From: Candidatus Rokuibacteriota bacterium
GTDB taxonomy: Bacteria > Methylomirabilota > Methylomirabilia > Rokubacteriales > DASRDR01
Length of the DNA stretch: 31,830 nucleotides
Reading direction: 5' to 3'
NCBI GenBank assembly: GCA_044866005.1
Contig: JBIOTN010000109.1
Coordinates: forward strand, 1-31,830
A program made the translations under genes and the position numbers. Shown here piece after piece: positions 9,511-18,267 of this stretch (within the stretch, counting starts at the first letter, position 1; each line of letters opens with the position of its first letter). The notes below the pieces were generated by a model. The model made no database searches. It was not told the DNA's origin and saw nothing but the letters and a program-made list of their open reading frames with translations.

Positions 9511-10749
9511 TCAGGCCGTTTCGTCCAGATCCAGCACGTGGCGACGACCGCCCCGCGGGACCACCGTGATGCCGGACCGGTCCACGTGGTAGCGGCGGGT
9601 GTCCTCCTCGGGGTCCTCGCCGATCGTGGTGCCCCGCTCGAGGCGGTTGAAGCGGTCCACGATGGCGCGGCGGAGCCGCGAGCCCTTCCCCACGCGGGTC
9701 CCGTCCATCACGATCGAACCGTCGATCACGCACTCCTCATCCACCTGAACGCCCCGCCCCAGGATGGAGTTCCGGACCGTGGCGTGGCGAATGAGGCTCC
9801 CCTCGCCGACCTGGGCGTTCTCGATCTGGCCGCCCAGGATACGCGCGGGCGGCCCGTGGTAGCGGGCGGCCAGGACCGGCCAGGCCGCGTTGTCGAGGTC
9901 CAGGCGGGGCGTCTCGCCGAGCAGGTCCATGTGGGCCTGCCAGTAGCTCTCGATCGTCCCGATGTCCCGCCAGTACCCGGGCTCCTCGTACGGCTTGAGC
10001 CCCGGCACCTCGTTCGCCTGGAAGTCGTAGGCGAAGACGCGCCCGTGCGGGAACAGCTCGGGGATGATGGTGCGGCCGAAATCGTGGTCGGTCGACCGCC
10101 GGGCGTCCTCCAGCAAGGCCTCCACGAGCGTGTCGCGGCTGAAGAGGTAGTTGCCCATGGACGCGTACGCGCGGTCCGGGCGCCCGGGAATGGGCCGGGG
10201 TCCCGCGGGCTTCTCCTCGAACGAGACGATGCGCTCCTCGCCGTCCACCTCGACGATCCCGAAGCCCGACGCCTGGTCGACCGGCACGGGCAGGGCGGCC
10301 ACGGTGACCTGCGCGCCCCGCGCGCAGTGGAACGCCACCATCTGGTTGACGTCCATCCGGTAGACGTGGTCGGCGCCGAAGATCGCCACCAGGTCCGGCG
10401 CGAAGTCCTCGACCAGGTGGAGGTTCTGCAGCACGGCGTCCGCGGTGCCGCGGTACCACATCTCGCCCATCCGCATCTGGGGCGGCACGACGGTGACGAA
10501 GTGGTCGGCGAGGAGGCCGCTCCCCCGCCACGCCAGGCGGAGGTGCTCGATGAGCGACTGGGACTTGTACTGGACGAGGACGTAGAGCGAGAGGATGCCC
10601 GAGTTGACGAAGTTCGACAGCACGAAGTCGATCACGCGATAGCGGCCGCCGAACGGGACCGCCGGCTTGGAGCGCTCGCGCGTCAGCGGGTGAAGACGCT
10701 CCCCCTTGCCCCCCGCCATGATGAAGGCAAGGATGCGCCGCGGCCTCAT
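9511..10749 (-). CDS. glgC: Glucose-1-phosphate adenylyltransferase (ADP-glucose pyrophosphorylase)
   Basis: Motifs MAGGKGERLHPLTRERSKPAVPFGGRYRVIDF, WYRGTADAV, GADHVYRMD, FEEKP, ASMGNYLF, HDFGRTIIP, YWRDIGT; C-terminal beta-helix; ATGA overlap with the upstream gene. Confidence 0.95.
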   Translation of the reverse strand: MRPRRILAFIMAGGKGERLHPLTRERSKPAVPFGGRYRVIDFVLSNFVNSGILSLYVLVQYKSQSLIEHLRLAWRGSGLLADHFVTVVPPQMRMGEMWYRGTADAVLQNLHLVEDFAPDLVAIFGADHVYRMDVNQMVAFHCARGAQVTVAALPVPVDQASGFGIVEVDGEERIVSFEEKPAGPRPIPGRPDRAYASMGNYLFSRDTLVEALLEDARRSTDHDFGRTIIPELFPHGRVFAYDFQANEVPGLKPYEEPGYWRDIGTIESYWQAHMDLLGETPRLDLDNAAWPVLAARYHGPPARILGGQIENAQVGEGSLIRHATVRNSILGRGVQVDEECVIDGSIVMDGTRVGKGSRLRRAIVDRFNRLERGTTIGEDPEEDTRRYHVDRSGITVVPRGGRRHVLDLDETA

Positions 10750-12512
10750 CCTGCCGGCGCGGGTCCCTTGACCCAGCTCGGGTCGAGGTTGGGGAAGACG
10801 AAGTCATCGCGCTCCAGCCGGCGGAGGACGCCCTCCTCCTCGTCCGCGGCGAGCTGGCCGTTCTCCACGAGCTTGTCCGCCAGCTCGAGGAGCCGCTTGA
10901 ACTCGGCGTAATGCTCGGCGAAGCGGCGTTCCGCGTAATCGCGCGCCGACCACGTCGTGATGAGGAACTGCCAGTCGGAGGCCTGCAGCAGGAGCGCCTC
11001 GCGGCACGCCTGGGCGAGGACGCGCCGGTGGACGGCGGACCCGGTGGCTTCCGCCTTCGCCAGCTGCGCCACGAGGGCGTGCTCGACGTCGTAAAGGCGG
11101 TCCCAGGTCCACTCCGTCTGCCGATTGAGCCAGACCCGGTGGTCGCCGCCCTCGCCCCACGAGCCCTCCTGGAGCGTGGTCACCTCGGCCGGCGGATCCG
11201 CATCGAGGGCCTCCGCCAGGGTGACGGGCCGCACGCCGTTGGCGTGCAGGCGGCGCGCGACCGCCTCGAGCCAGGCCGGCCCCTCGAACCACCAGTGGCC
11301 GAACAGCTCGGCGTCGTAGGGCGCGACGATGACGGAGTGGGTGATGTCGCCGTCCCGCGCCTCGCGCAGGGTGCGGCGGATCAGGTCCACGAAGTGGTCG
11401 GCGTGGGCCCCCACCCGCTCGGCCGCGGTGGCCGGGCTGTAGAGCTGCTTGTCGCCGAGGTCCACTCCCGGGCCGGTCACCCGCCAGTAGCGGAAGCCGC
11501 CGGGGAAGTGCTTCTTGTGGAACTCCAGGTAGTGGGGCTCGCCGGGATAGCCCTGGTCGCGACTCCAGACCTGGACCGTCGTCTTGGGGTCGCGGACGAA
11601 CGCGACCGCGGTCCCGGTCCCGCCGCGGGAGCCGACGCGGTAGGCCCGGTAGGGGCTGCCGGGCTTCGCGCGACGGGTGGCCGCGGCCGTGGGCGCCTCG
11701 CGGTCGAGCCCCGCGAGCGCGGGGAAGAAGTCGTGGTAGGCCGAGAGCGGCGTCCCGCCGTGCACGAGGTGGGTATCGATCACGAAGAACTCGAGCCCGT
11801 ACTGCGCCAGCAGCTCCTCGATCCCGGGCCGGAGGCCCCGCTGGGCCCGGGAGGCGCCGACCGGCGGCGCCCACTCGTAGCGCGGGCGGTAGGCGCACTC
11901 GGGGAGCCAGATCCCGCGCGGCGGCCGGCCGAAATGCCGGACATGGGTCTCGACGGCCGTGCGCAGCTGGAGATGGATGGACTCGTCGCGGGAGAGGAGC
12001 GGCAGGTAGCCGTGCGTGGCCGCGCAGGTGATGATCTCGAGGTGACCGGCGGCGCCGAGCTCCGCGAAGGGGGCCAGGAGGTCGCCGCCCAGGCCCCGCA
12101 GGAGCGACCACATCCTTTCGAAGTAGTCCTCCCAGTAGTGCGTCAGGGCGACCAGCGCCTCCTGGCCGGTCTGCCGGAAATAGTTCCGGTTGTCCTCGAC
12201 GTAGCGGAGGCGCGTGGCGAGGAAGAACTCGATCTCCTTCTGGAACGCGCCCGAGGCGAGCTGCTCGGCGAGGACGGGTGAGATGTTGATCGTCCAGCGC
12301 GGGGACACGCCGTCGGCCACGAGCCGGCGGGCCGCGTCCAGGAGCGGCAGGTAGCACTCGACGGTCGCCTCGTTGAGCCAGTCCGAGCCGTGTGGCCAGC
12401 GACCGTGGTTCAACACGAAGGGCAGGTGCATATGCAGCACGAGCGCGAAGCCCTGCGTGGCCGGGGGCGCGGCCGCCGCCGGGACCGTCCGGGCTGACTC
12501 ACGCTTCTTCAC
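10746..12512 (-). CDS. GH57 1,4-alpha-glucan branching enzyme (DUF1957 C-terminus)
   Basis: Motifs LVLHMHLPFV, ECYLPLL, CAATHGYLPL, GIWLPECAY, APYDAELFGHWWFEG, EALLLQASDWQF; GTG start after GGGAGAGAG. Confidence 0.9.
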   Translation of the reverse strand: MKKRESARTVPAAAAPPATQGFALVLHMHLPFVLNHGRWPHGSDWLNEATVECYLPLLDAARRLVADGVSPRWTINISPVLAEQLASGAFQKEIEFFLATRLRYVEDNRNYFRQTGQEALVALTHYWEDYFERMWSLLRGLGGDLLAPFAELGAAGHLEIITCAATHGYLPLLSRDESIHLQLRTAVETHVRHFGRPPRGIWLPECAYRPRYEWAPPVGASRAQRGLRPGIEELLAQYGLEFFVIDTHLVHGGTPLSAYHDFFPALAGLDREAPTAAATRRAKPGSPYRAYRVGSRGGTGTAVAFVRDPKTTVQVWSRDQGYPGEPHYLEFHKKHFPGGFRYWRVTGPGVDLGDKQLYSPATAAERVGAHADHFVDLIRRTLREARDGDITHSVIVAPYDAELFGHWWFEGPAWLEAVARRLHANGVRPVTLAEALDADPPAEVTTLQEGSWGEGGDHRVWLNRQTEWTWDRLYDVEHALVAQLAKAEATGSAVHRRVLAQACREALLLQASDWQFLITTWSARDYAERRFAEHYAEFKRLLELADKLVENGQLAADEEEGVLRRLERDDFVFPNLDPSWVKGPAPAG

Positions 12513-12634
12513 GGTGCTCTCTCCCGTGCGGTTTCGAGATTCTCAGCGAGCATGGACGGGACGCCCGGCGTCGGGACACCAGCGGCGGGCTCGCGGGGAG
12601 GCGCGTCCAGTCAGCCGTGACACGACAGGCTCGC

Positions 12635-12690
12635 GTAAATACGGGAATTTACCTAACACCCAGGGTTGCAGAAGCCTCGATGGGTGTCAA
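12635..12690 (-). promoter_or_regulatory. Putative sigma70 promoter with downstream operator for the GH57-glgC-...-treS operon
   Basis: Minus-strand TTGACA (12690-12685), N17, weak -10 AACCCT; TAGG-N8-CGTA at 12655-12640; perfect inverted repeat GTAAAT-N6-ATTTAC at 12635-12652. AT-rich patch in GC-rich DNA. Confidence 0.5.
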
Positions 12691-12754
12691 GCCGAAACGA
12701 CCGCGCGGGACGCGCCGGCCGGCGGCGAGGCGCGGGACGGCCGCCGAGGCTCGC

Positions 12755-14647
12755 CTACGGCCGGAGGTAGACGAGGGTCTGGTAGGGCAGGAGCTCGACC
12801 ACCGTGCGCCCACCGGCCAGCTCTGACGGTGCCCCGTCGGCGGCGCGTCCGCCGAACTCGGCCGCCTCGCTGCTGAGCGCGAGGCGCCACGCCTCGCCGG
12901 GGACCTCGAGCTCGGCGCGGACGCGCCCGCCGTCGTAGGAGAGGATGACGAAGGCCGCCTCCGGGCCCGACGTGAAGCGGTGAAGAGTGAGCGCGCGACC
13001 CGAGCGCCCCACGCGCGTACGCGCGCGGTCGGGATGGCGGAGCGCCGGATGCGCGCGGCGCAGCGCCAGGAGTGCCCGGTACCAGGCGAACACGTGTGCG
13101 CCCGGCGGGCGGGTCCGTCGCGCACGATCGAGCCGCGAGGCGGCGCACGTCGCCGGATCCTGAGGGTCGGGCACCTCGCCGGCCCAGGCGAAGCGCGCGA
13201 ACTCCTCGCGCCGTCCGACCCGGACCGCCTCGACGAGGGCGGGGTCGGTGAAGCTCGTGAAGAAGCAGAACGGCGCGGTCTCCCCGTACTCTTCGCCCAT
13301 GAAGAGGAGCGGCAGGAACGGGGCGCAGAGGACCGACGCCGCGGCCACCTTCACCGCGGGGAAGGGCACCTGGGTGGCGAGGCGGTCACCGGTCGCCTGG
13401 TTCCCCACCTGGTCGTGGTTCTGGTCGAAGACGACGAAGGCCTCGCCGGGCAGGTCGGCCGCCGGCGTGCCGACCGGGACGCCGCGGAAGCTGGAGTGCC
13501 GACCCTGGTAGACGAAGCCCTCGCGGAAGGCCGCCTCCAGATCGTCGAGGCCACCCTGGAAGTCGTCGTAGTACCCGCCCCGGACGCGCGTCAGCGTGAC
13601 GCGGAGCGCGTGGTGGAAGTCGTCGCTCCACTGGGCGGCGAGCCCGTATCCGCCTGAGCCGCGCGGCAGCACGATGCGGCGGTCGTTGCGGTTGGACTCG
13701 GCGATGACGTGCACCTCGCGGCCGAGCCCGCGCGCCTCCGCCTCGACGGCCTCGGCCACCTCCGCCAGGAGGTGCACCGGGCTCGTGTCCACGATGGCGT
13801 GCACGGCGTCGAGCCGGAGCCCGTCCAGGTGGTAGTCGCGGACCCAGTAGCAGGCGTTCCCGACCACGTACGCGCGGACCGCTTCCGAGCCCTCGCCGTC
13901 GTAGTTGACGGCCTCGCCCCAGGGGGTGCGGTGGCGGTCGGAGAAGTACGGGCCGTACTCGCGCAGGTAGTTCCCCTCGGGGCCGAGATGGTTGTAGACG
14001 ACGTCGAGGAAGACGGCGAGGCCCACCCGGTGCGCCGCGTCCACGAGCCGGTGGAGCCCGGCGGGGCCGCCGTACGTGGACTGGGGGGCGAAGAGGTGGA
14101 CGCCGTCGTATCCCCAGTTGCGCGCCCCCGGGAACTCGGCGACCGGCATCAGCTCCACCGCCGTCACGCCGAGATCGCGCAACTCCGCGAGGTGGGGGAT
14201 GACCGCGTCGAAGGTGCCGGCCTCGGTGAAGGTCCCCACGTGGAGCTCGTAGAGGCGGAGGTCGCCGCGCGGCACGCCGCGCCACGCCCCGTCCGCCCAC
14301 CGGAAGGCCGCCGGGTCGACGACCTCGGAGGGGCCGTGGACGCCCTCGGGCTGAGAGTGGGAGACCGGGTCCGGCCGGTCGGCCCGGCCGTCGAGACGGT
14401 AGGAGTAGCGCGCTCCCGCCATGATGCCCGGGACCGTGACGGCGAAGACGCCGTCCGCCTCCGGCTCGAGCGGGACCACGGCCTCGGGGCCCGGGCCCAC
14501 GAGCCGGAGCTCCACCCGCCGGCAGCGGGGTGCCCAGACGCGGAAGCGGATGCCCTCGGCGCCGCGCGGCACGGCGCCGAGGTCGAACGGCGTCCCTGCC
14601 CGGGGGCGGACCGCCACCGGGGCCGCCGGAGGGCGGGAGGTCGTCAC
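12755..14647 (-). CDS. treZ: Malto-oligosyltrehalose trehalohydrolase (GH13)
   Basis: Motifs FRVWAP, PDPVSHSQPEGVHGPSEVVD, YELHVGTFT, ELMPVAEFPGARNWGYDGV, DVVYNHLGPEGNYL, GLRLDAVHAI, QWSDDFHHAL, QNHDQVGN, PLLFMGEEYGE. Confidence 0.93.
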   Translation of the reverse strand: MTTSRPPAAPVAVRPRAGTPFDLGAVPRGAEGIRFRVWAPRCRRVELRLVGPGPEAVVPLEPEADGVFAVTVPGIMAGARYSYRLDGRADRPDPVSHSQPEGVHGPSEVVDPAAFRWADGAWRGVPRGDLRLYELHVGTFTEAGTFDAVIPHLAELRDLGVTAVELMPVAEFPGARNWGYDGVHLFAPQSTYGGPAGLHRLVDAAHRVGLAVFLDVVYNHLGPEGNYLREYGPYFSDRHRTPWGEAVNYDGEGSEAVRAYVVGNACYWVRDYHLDGLRLDAVHAIVDTSPVHLLAEVAEAVEAEARGLGREVHVIAESNRNDRRIVLPRGSGGYGLAAQWSDDFHHALRVTLTRVRGGYYDDFQGGLDDLEAAFREGFVYQGRHSSFRGVPVGTPAADLPGEAFVVFDQNHDQVGNQATGDRLATQVPFPAVKVAAASVLCAPFLPLLFMGEEYGETAPFCFFTSFTDPALVEAVRVGRREEFARFAWAGEVPDPQDPATCAASRLDRARRTRPPGAHVFAWYRALLALRRAHPALRHPDRARTRVGRSGRALTLHRFTSGPEAAFVILSYDGGRVRAELEVPGEAWRLALSSEAAEFGGRAADGAPSELAGGRTVVELLPYQTLVYLRP

Positions 14648-14665
14648 GCGGGGAGCGGGGTTAGG

Positions 14666-14977
14666 CTACCAGCGCGGCGCGCGACGGGGCCCGCCGCCGC
14701 CCGGGGGGCGCCCCCCGCCGGGGCGTGCGCCCTGCGGGTTTGCCGTGGCGACCGTGATCGTGCGGCCGTCCAGGCGCTGGCCGTTCAGCTTGCTGATTGC
14801 GTTCTGCGCGTCCTCGTTCGTCGCCATCTCCACGAACCCGAACCCACGGGACTGGCCCGAGTAGCGATCGGTGATCACGGTGGCGGACTCGACGGTCCCG
14901 CACTGCGCGAACTGCTCCCGCAGCGTCTCGGACGTCGTCGAATATGACAGTCCTCCCACGTACAGCTTGACCGCCAT
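14666..14977 (-). CDS. Small RRM (RNP-1) RNA-binding protein with Gly/Arg-rich tail
   Basis: RNP2 KLYVGGL, RNP1 RGFGFVEM, tail GARPGGGRPPGGGGPRRAPRW; strong SD AAAAGGAGG; 103 aa. Confidence 0.92.
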   Translation of the reverse strand: MAVKLYVGGLSYSTTSETLREQFAQCGTVESATVITDRYSGQSRGFGFVEMATNEDAQNAISKLNGQRLDGRTITVATANPQGARPGGGRPPGGGGPRRAPRW

Positions 14978-15021
14978 GGTGCCTCCTTTTGTGACTGGCC
15001 GCCGGGCGGGCGGACACTCCC

Positions 15022-15051
15022 AGCATATCGGCTCGCCGCCCGCGCCGTCAA
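15022..15051 (-). promoter_or_regulatory. Putative sigma70 promoter for RRM-treZ
   Basis: Minus-strand TTGACG-N18-TATGCT, about 45 nt upstream of the RRM ATG. Confidence 0.65.
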
Positions 15052-15279
15052 ACCACGCGGCCGGGAGTCGTGGGTCTCGTCGAGGCTCGCTCCTGTGGCC
15101 GGGTCGGACCGGGTCACTCGGCGGCCGCCGGCGAGCCCGGACGTCGCGATCGCGCGGGCCGAGGGGCTGGCCGGCCCTCCGGCCGATTCGCCAAACGCGC
15201 GCCGACGGCGGCCGAGCGGCGTGGGGGCCGACCACGACGCCGACGGTCCGAGCGGGCTCCGGCGGGAGACCGACGGACC

Positions 15280-15318
15280 GTGACGGCGCGAGGTGACGGC
15301 GCGAGGTTACGGCGCCGG
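15280..15318. repeat. Three tandem 13-bp repeats in the divergent intergenic region
   Basis: GTGACGGCGCGAG GTGACGGCGCGAG GTTACGGCGCCGG. Confidence 0.7.
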
Positions 15319-15464
15319 GCGCGCCCCTGGTCCGCCCAGCCGGCGGGCTCACGGGCGCCGTGGCCGGCCGGCCGGCGGGGCCGCGTGGCGGCGGCCGCGG
15401 CATCACGTGCACCCCGGCGCGAGGGCCCGGGACCCTGCCGGCAGCCGCGCCCGACAAGCAGTTC

Positions 15465-15517
15465 TTGACAGCGTCGCACGGGTCTCCCTAGACTGACCTT
15501 AGGCCCTGGTCTCTAAG
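15465..15517 (+). promoter_or_regulatory. Putative sigma70 promoter with operator at the start site, driving the signalling operon
   Basis: TTGACA (15465-15470)-N18-TAGACT (15489-15494), then inverted repeat CTTAG-N10-CTAAG (15498-15517). Confidence 0.65.
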
Positions 15518-15684
15518 TTCCAGAGCGCATGCAAACCTCCCTACGGCCCTAGAACAGGTGCCACACGCGGTCGGGCGTGTGACGTGGCGGACCGGGCCGG
15601 CGTCCGGGCCGGGCGGTTCCGCTGTCTGGCGCTCTCGTGCGGACGTGGCGGCACGCCGTGGGCCATAACGTGCCGGCTGCGCCG

Positions 15685-16461
15685 ATGCGGTCGCCGAGGG
15701 TCGGCCGCCTCACCCAGGACATTCAGGCCTTGCGGGCGCGGCTCGCCGAGCTCAAGCGACAGGCGGCCGCGCACGGCCGGGCGATCGAGGCGCTCCGGGC
15801 GCGCGACGCCGCCCTCCTCTCGCTCATCGAACGGGCCAGCGACTATGCCATCTTCACGCTCGATCCGGAGGGCCGCGTGCTCACCTGGAACACGGGCGCG
15901 CGGCGCCTCTTGGGGTACGCGACCGACGAGGTCGTCGGCCGGCACTGCTCCCGGTTTTACCCGGCCGAGGACCTCGCGCGGGGCGAGCCCGAGCGCGCCC
16001 TGAAGGCCGCCGCGGCGGAAGGCCGCTTCGAGCGCAGCGGCTGGCGAGTGCGCAAAGACGGGGCGCGCTTCCGGGCCCACGTCGTCATGACGGCGATCCG
16101 CGACAGCAGCGGCAAGCTGCGCGGCTTCTCCACGGTGACGCTCGCGGTCACGGAGCGCGAGCGTCGGCGGATCGTGAACGCGGCGCCGGCAGGCGGCCGG
16201 CCGGCCCGGGACGTCGGCCACGAGATGCGGAACCGCCTCGGCGTCATCGCGAACGCGGTGTACTACCTGAAGATGCTCCTGCCCGAGCACGAGAAGGCGC
16301 GCGAGTACTTGCAGGTCCTGGACCACGAGGTGGGCATCCTGAAGCAGATCGTCGCCACCCTTTCCGCCCCGGGGGACTTCGACCCGAGCTTCGACCCGGC
16401 CGGGCGGGCCGGCCACGGCCTTCGCCCGGAGACGCGGCGCGTGGTCTCCGCGAGGTCGTGA
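15685..16461 (+). CDS. PAS + HisKA (DHp) protein lacking a HATPase domain
   Basis: Coiled coil, then PAS/PAC DYAIFTLDPEGRVLTWNTGARRLLGY...GWRVRKDG, then H-box VGHEMRNRLGVIANAVYYL; ends about 30 aa after the DHp. TGATG overlap with the next gene. Start uncertain (15637, 15670 or 15685). Confidence 0.75.
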   Translation: MRSPRVGRLTQDIQALRARLAELKRQAAAHGRAIEALRARDAALLSLIERASDYAIFTLDPEGRVLTWNTGARRLLGYATDEVVGRHCSRFYPAEDLARGEPERALKAAAAEGRFERSGWRVRKDGARFRAHVVMTAIRDSSGKLRGFSTVTLAVTERERRRIVNAAPAGGRPARDVGHEMRNRLGVIANAVYYLKMLLPEHEKAREYLQVLDHEVGILKQIVATLSAPGDFDPSFDPAGRAGHGLRPETRRVVSARS

Positions 16462-18266
16462 TGGCCGGGGAGACGGCCAAGCTCCTGGTCGTCGACGACG
16501 ACGAGGGCATGCGCCGGACGCTCGCCGACGTGTTACGGGCGAAGGGCTACGCCGTCGAGACGGCATCGCGGGGGAGCGAGGCCCTGGCCCGCGCTCGGGT
16601 CCAGCAGCTCCGCGCCTCCCCCTTCGACGCCGCCATCGTGGACATCAACCTCCCCGACCTCTCGGGGCTCGCGCTGCTCGAGAACACCAAGACCCTGTCG
16701 CCCGAAACGGAGGTCATCTTCATCACCGCGTACGCCTCGCTGGGCACGGCCATCCAGGCCATCGAGCACGATGCCTTCGCGTATCTCATCAAGCCGTTCG
16801 AGATGGACCAGCTGCTCGCGACGCTGGAAAAGGCGGTCGAGGCCCGGGCGCTCCGGGAGCTGGCGCGCAAGCGGGCGGAAGAGGCGCTGCGCCAGTCGGA
16901 GGAGCGGTATCGCACCCTGGTCGAGGCGGCGAGGGATCTGATCTTCACGCTCTCCACCGACGGCTCGCTCACCTCGGTCAATCCGGCGTTCGAAACGCTC
17001 ACCGGCTGGTCGCGCGACGAGTGGCTGGGAAAGCCGTTTGCGGCGCTCATCCATCCCGACGACGTGCCGCGGGCGATGGAGCTCTTCCACGGATTCCTCC
17101 GCGGCGAACGCCCGCCGGCGTACGAGCTGCGCGTGCTGACGAAGTCCGGTGCGTATCGAATCGCGGAGTTCACGGCGGCGCCGCAGGTCCTGGAGGGAAG
17201 CGCGGTCGGCGTCCTGGGCATCGCGCGCGACGTCACGGACCGCAAGCGGGCGGAGGAAGCGCTGCGGGCGAGCGAGGAACGCTACCGCACGCTGTTCGAG
17301 AACGCCAACGACGTCGTCTTCACCGTCGACCTCGCCGGGAACTTCACCGCGGTCAATCGAGCGGGGGAGCAGCTCACCGGCTACCGGCGCGACGAAACGC
17401 CGAGGATGAACGTCGCCCAAGTCGTCGCGCCCGAGTACCGGGAACTGGCGCGGCAGATGCTGGGGCGCAAGATCGCCGGGGGGGGCGCCACGACCTACGA
17501 GCTGGAGATCGTGGCCCGGGACGGGCAGCGGGTGCCGCTGGAAGTGAGCACGCGGCCGCTCTACCAGGAAGGCAAGCTGATCGGGGTCCAGGGGATCGCC
17601 CGCGACATCACCGAGCGGAAGCGCGCACAGGAGGCGATGCGCCGCCTCAACGAGGCGCTGGAGGAAGAGGCCAAGCGCATCGCCCACGCCCTCCACGACG
17701 AAGCGGGCCAGGTCCTCGCCTCCGTCTACCTGGCGGTGGCCGAGGTTGCCCGTGACCTGCCTTCGCCCGCCGCCGAGCGCTTGAGCCGCATCTGGGACCT
17801 CCTGGACCAGGTCGACGAGCAGCTCCGCCGGCTCTCTCACGAGCTCCGGCCGACGATCCTGGACGACCTCGGCCTCTCCCACGCCATCGAGTTCCTGGCG
17901 GAGGGAGTGGCCAAGCGGACGGGGCTGCTCACCACGGTGAAAGGCTCCACGGAGGGGCGCCTGCCCCCGGTGATCGAGACGGCGCTCTACCGGATCGTCC
18001 AGGAGGCGTTGACCAACGTGACGAAGCACGCCCAGGCCACCGGCGTGACCGTGGAGCTCCAGCGGGAAGAGGAGCGGGTCCGCTGCTCGATCCGGGATGA
18101 CGGGATCGGCTTCGACATGTCGAGCGTCACGGCCCGGCGCGGGCAGCGGGGACTGGGCCTCATCGGCATCCAGGAGCGGCTCAACGCCCTGGGCGGGACG
18201 CTCCAGATCGACTCGTCCCCCGGTCGGGGGACGCAGCTACTGATCCAGATCCCCTTGAGGACCTGA
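16461..18266 (+). CDS. Cytoplasmic hybrid sensor kinase REC-PAS-PAS-HisKA_3-HATPase
   Basis: Receiver LLVVDDD...IVDINLP...ITAY...YLIKPF; two PAS/PAC repeats ending RDVTDRK and RDITERK; H-box RIAHALHDEAGQ; YRIVQEALTNVTKHA, IRDDGIGFD, GLGLIGIQER, PGRGT. No transmembrane helices. Confidence 0.92.
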   Translation: MAGETAKLLVVDDDEGMRRTLADVLRAKGYAVETASRGSEALARARVQQLRASPFDAAIVDINLPDLSGLALLENTKTLSPETEVIFITAYASLGTAIQAIEHDAFAYLIKPFEMDQLLATLEKAVEARALRELARKRAEEALRQSEERYRTLVEAARDLIFTLSTDGSLTSVNPAFETLTGWSRDEWLGKPFAALIHPDDVPRAMELFHGFLRGERPPAYELRVLTKSGAYRIAEFTAAPQVLEGSAVGVLGIARDVTDRKRAEEALRASEERYRTLFENANDVVFTVDLAGNFTAVNRAGEQLTGYRRDETPRMNVAQVVAPEYRELARQMLGRKIAGGGATTYELEIVARDGQRVPLEVSTRPLYQEGKLIGVQGIARDITERKRAQEAMRRLNEALEEEAKRIAHALHDEAGQVLASVYLAVAEVARDLPSPAAERLSRIWDLLDQVDEQLRRLSHELRPTILDDLGLSHAIEFLAEGVAKRTGLLTTVKGSTEGRLPPVIETALYRIVQEALTNVTKHAQATGVTVELQREEERVRCSIRDDGIGFDMSSVTARRGQRGLGLIGIQERLNALGGTLQIDSSPGRGTQLLIQIPLRT

Positions 18267-18267
18267 G

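Noticed and set aside
102..14947. Many long alternative-frame and antisense ORFs (e.g. 102-1748+, 1786-4371+, 3845-6505+, 7138-9030+, 9061-10911+)
   Set aside because: They overlap genes with clear family motifs and are Arg/Gly/Pro-rich shadow ORFs expected in high-GC DNA.
15280..15318. CRISPR-like repeat
   Set aside because: The units are only 13 bp, with no spacers and no cas genes.
14978..15457. Long N-terminal extension of the RRM ORF (263 aa)
   Set aside because: The strong SD at the 14977 ATG and a promoter at 15022-15051 fall inside the extension.
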